The notes beneath the pieces were generated by a model that worked only from the letters and a program-made list of their open reading frames with translations, ran no database searches and was not told where the DNA came from. A stretch of DNA of 64,000 nt from Trichodelitschia bisporula (Eukaryota). Each line of letters starts with the position of its first letter. Position 1 is the first letter of the stretch. Shown here in pieces: positions 63,350-64,000 of the stretch. Made by a program: the position numbers and the translations under genes. The DNA lies in assembly GCA_010356995.1 (NCBI GenBank), contig ML996690.1:962217-1026216 (forward strand). The letters run 5' to 3'.

Positions 63350-64000
63350 ATGAGGCCCAAGACAGATCTCCCTCTATCAAAGGAATTCACTGACGATGAA
63401 TCATATGTCGAGTCTCTACTCGAATTCAGCACCTCCTCGACCCTCCTCCAAACACTATGCGGCGGAGTTCACATCCTAGACTTCTTTACCCGCACGCCGG
63501 ACCTGTACTCTTGTATCCTCCCGGAAGAATGGCGCAACTGGTTCCGCCTCTTCGAAATCGAAGACATCCTCGACCTCCTCCTCCGTGAAGACCTCACGCA
63601 ATTCCTCAACCCCTCCCCGCCCCAAGAATGGCGCTCCGGCCCCGCACCCCCCCACAGCCTAATCGCCTACATCCACTCCGTCCGCCGGCACCTCCTGTCC
63701 CGCTCCTTCCACCCCCCCGCCTCCCCCCCAAAACTCGACCACCTAACCACAATCGGCATGACAGCAAAGAAAATCCACGAAGTCTCCCACGTCGCCCACT
63801 TCGTCTCCACCCTCACCTCCTCCCTCGCCGCCGCCCACCAACCCATTACACACCTCATCGATTTCGGCTCGGGCCACAACTACCTCGGCCGCGCCCTCGC
63901 CTCACCCCCCTACCATGAGAATATCATCGCCGTCGAAAGCAGACCGCACGTCGTTGCCGGCGCCCGCGAGATTGATATCATGGCCGGACTCGCTGAAAAA
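63350..64000 (+). CDS. SAM-dependent methyltransferase (Methyltransf_32 / METTL25-like), 3' truncated
   Basis: ATG at 63350, LCGGVHILDFF, MTAKKIHEV and the SAM motif IDFGSGHNYLGRAL. Confidence 0.85.
   Translation, partial: MRPKTDLPLSKEFTDDESYVESLLEFSTSSTLLQTLCGGVHILDFFTRTPDLYSCILPEEWRNWFRLFEIEDILDLLLREDLTQFLNPSPPQEWRSGPAPPHSLIAYIHSVRRHLLSRSFHPPASPPKLDHLTTIGMTAKKIHEVSHVAHFVSTLTSSLAAAHQPITHLIDFGSGHNYLGRALASPPYHENIIAVESRPHVVAGAREIDIMAGLAEK

Overview
64 kb of a filamentous ascomycete (Pezizomycotina-type) nuclear genome, shown by short GT-AG introns with CTRAC branch sites, dispersed 5S rRNA genes and typical fungal orthologues. Most of the window is core genes: a Pth11-like membrane protein, condensin Ycg1, cysteine synthase, an RA/PH protein, a GT25 glycosyltransferase, an Nrp1-like RNA-binding protein, an F-box protein, a questin oxidase/AflY-like protein, a CID protein, a Trk K+ transporter, an M18 aminopeptidase, Glc8/inhibitor-2, a second eIF4E, a Ulp2-like SUMO protease, AIG2/GGCT, a PQ-loop protein and a METTL25-like methyltransferase. 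Two N-gaps are present. The most notable parts are: (1) the left 3.9 kb, where a TPR-CHAT protease with near-identical 135-bp repeats lies about 1.8 kb upstream of a 5S rRNA copy whose first ~9 nt are replaced, a possible end of a 5S-targeting giant element (Starship-like); (2) an orphan ~1250-aa protein with two ubiquitin-tail-like LRGG-G motifs and an internal repeat at 90-aa spacing; (3) an AflY-like enzyme with both a tandem-repeat presequence and a PTS1; (4) a strong C-rich to G-rich polarity along many genes. All calls come from reading the sequence; no database searches were run.
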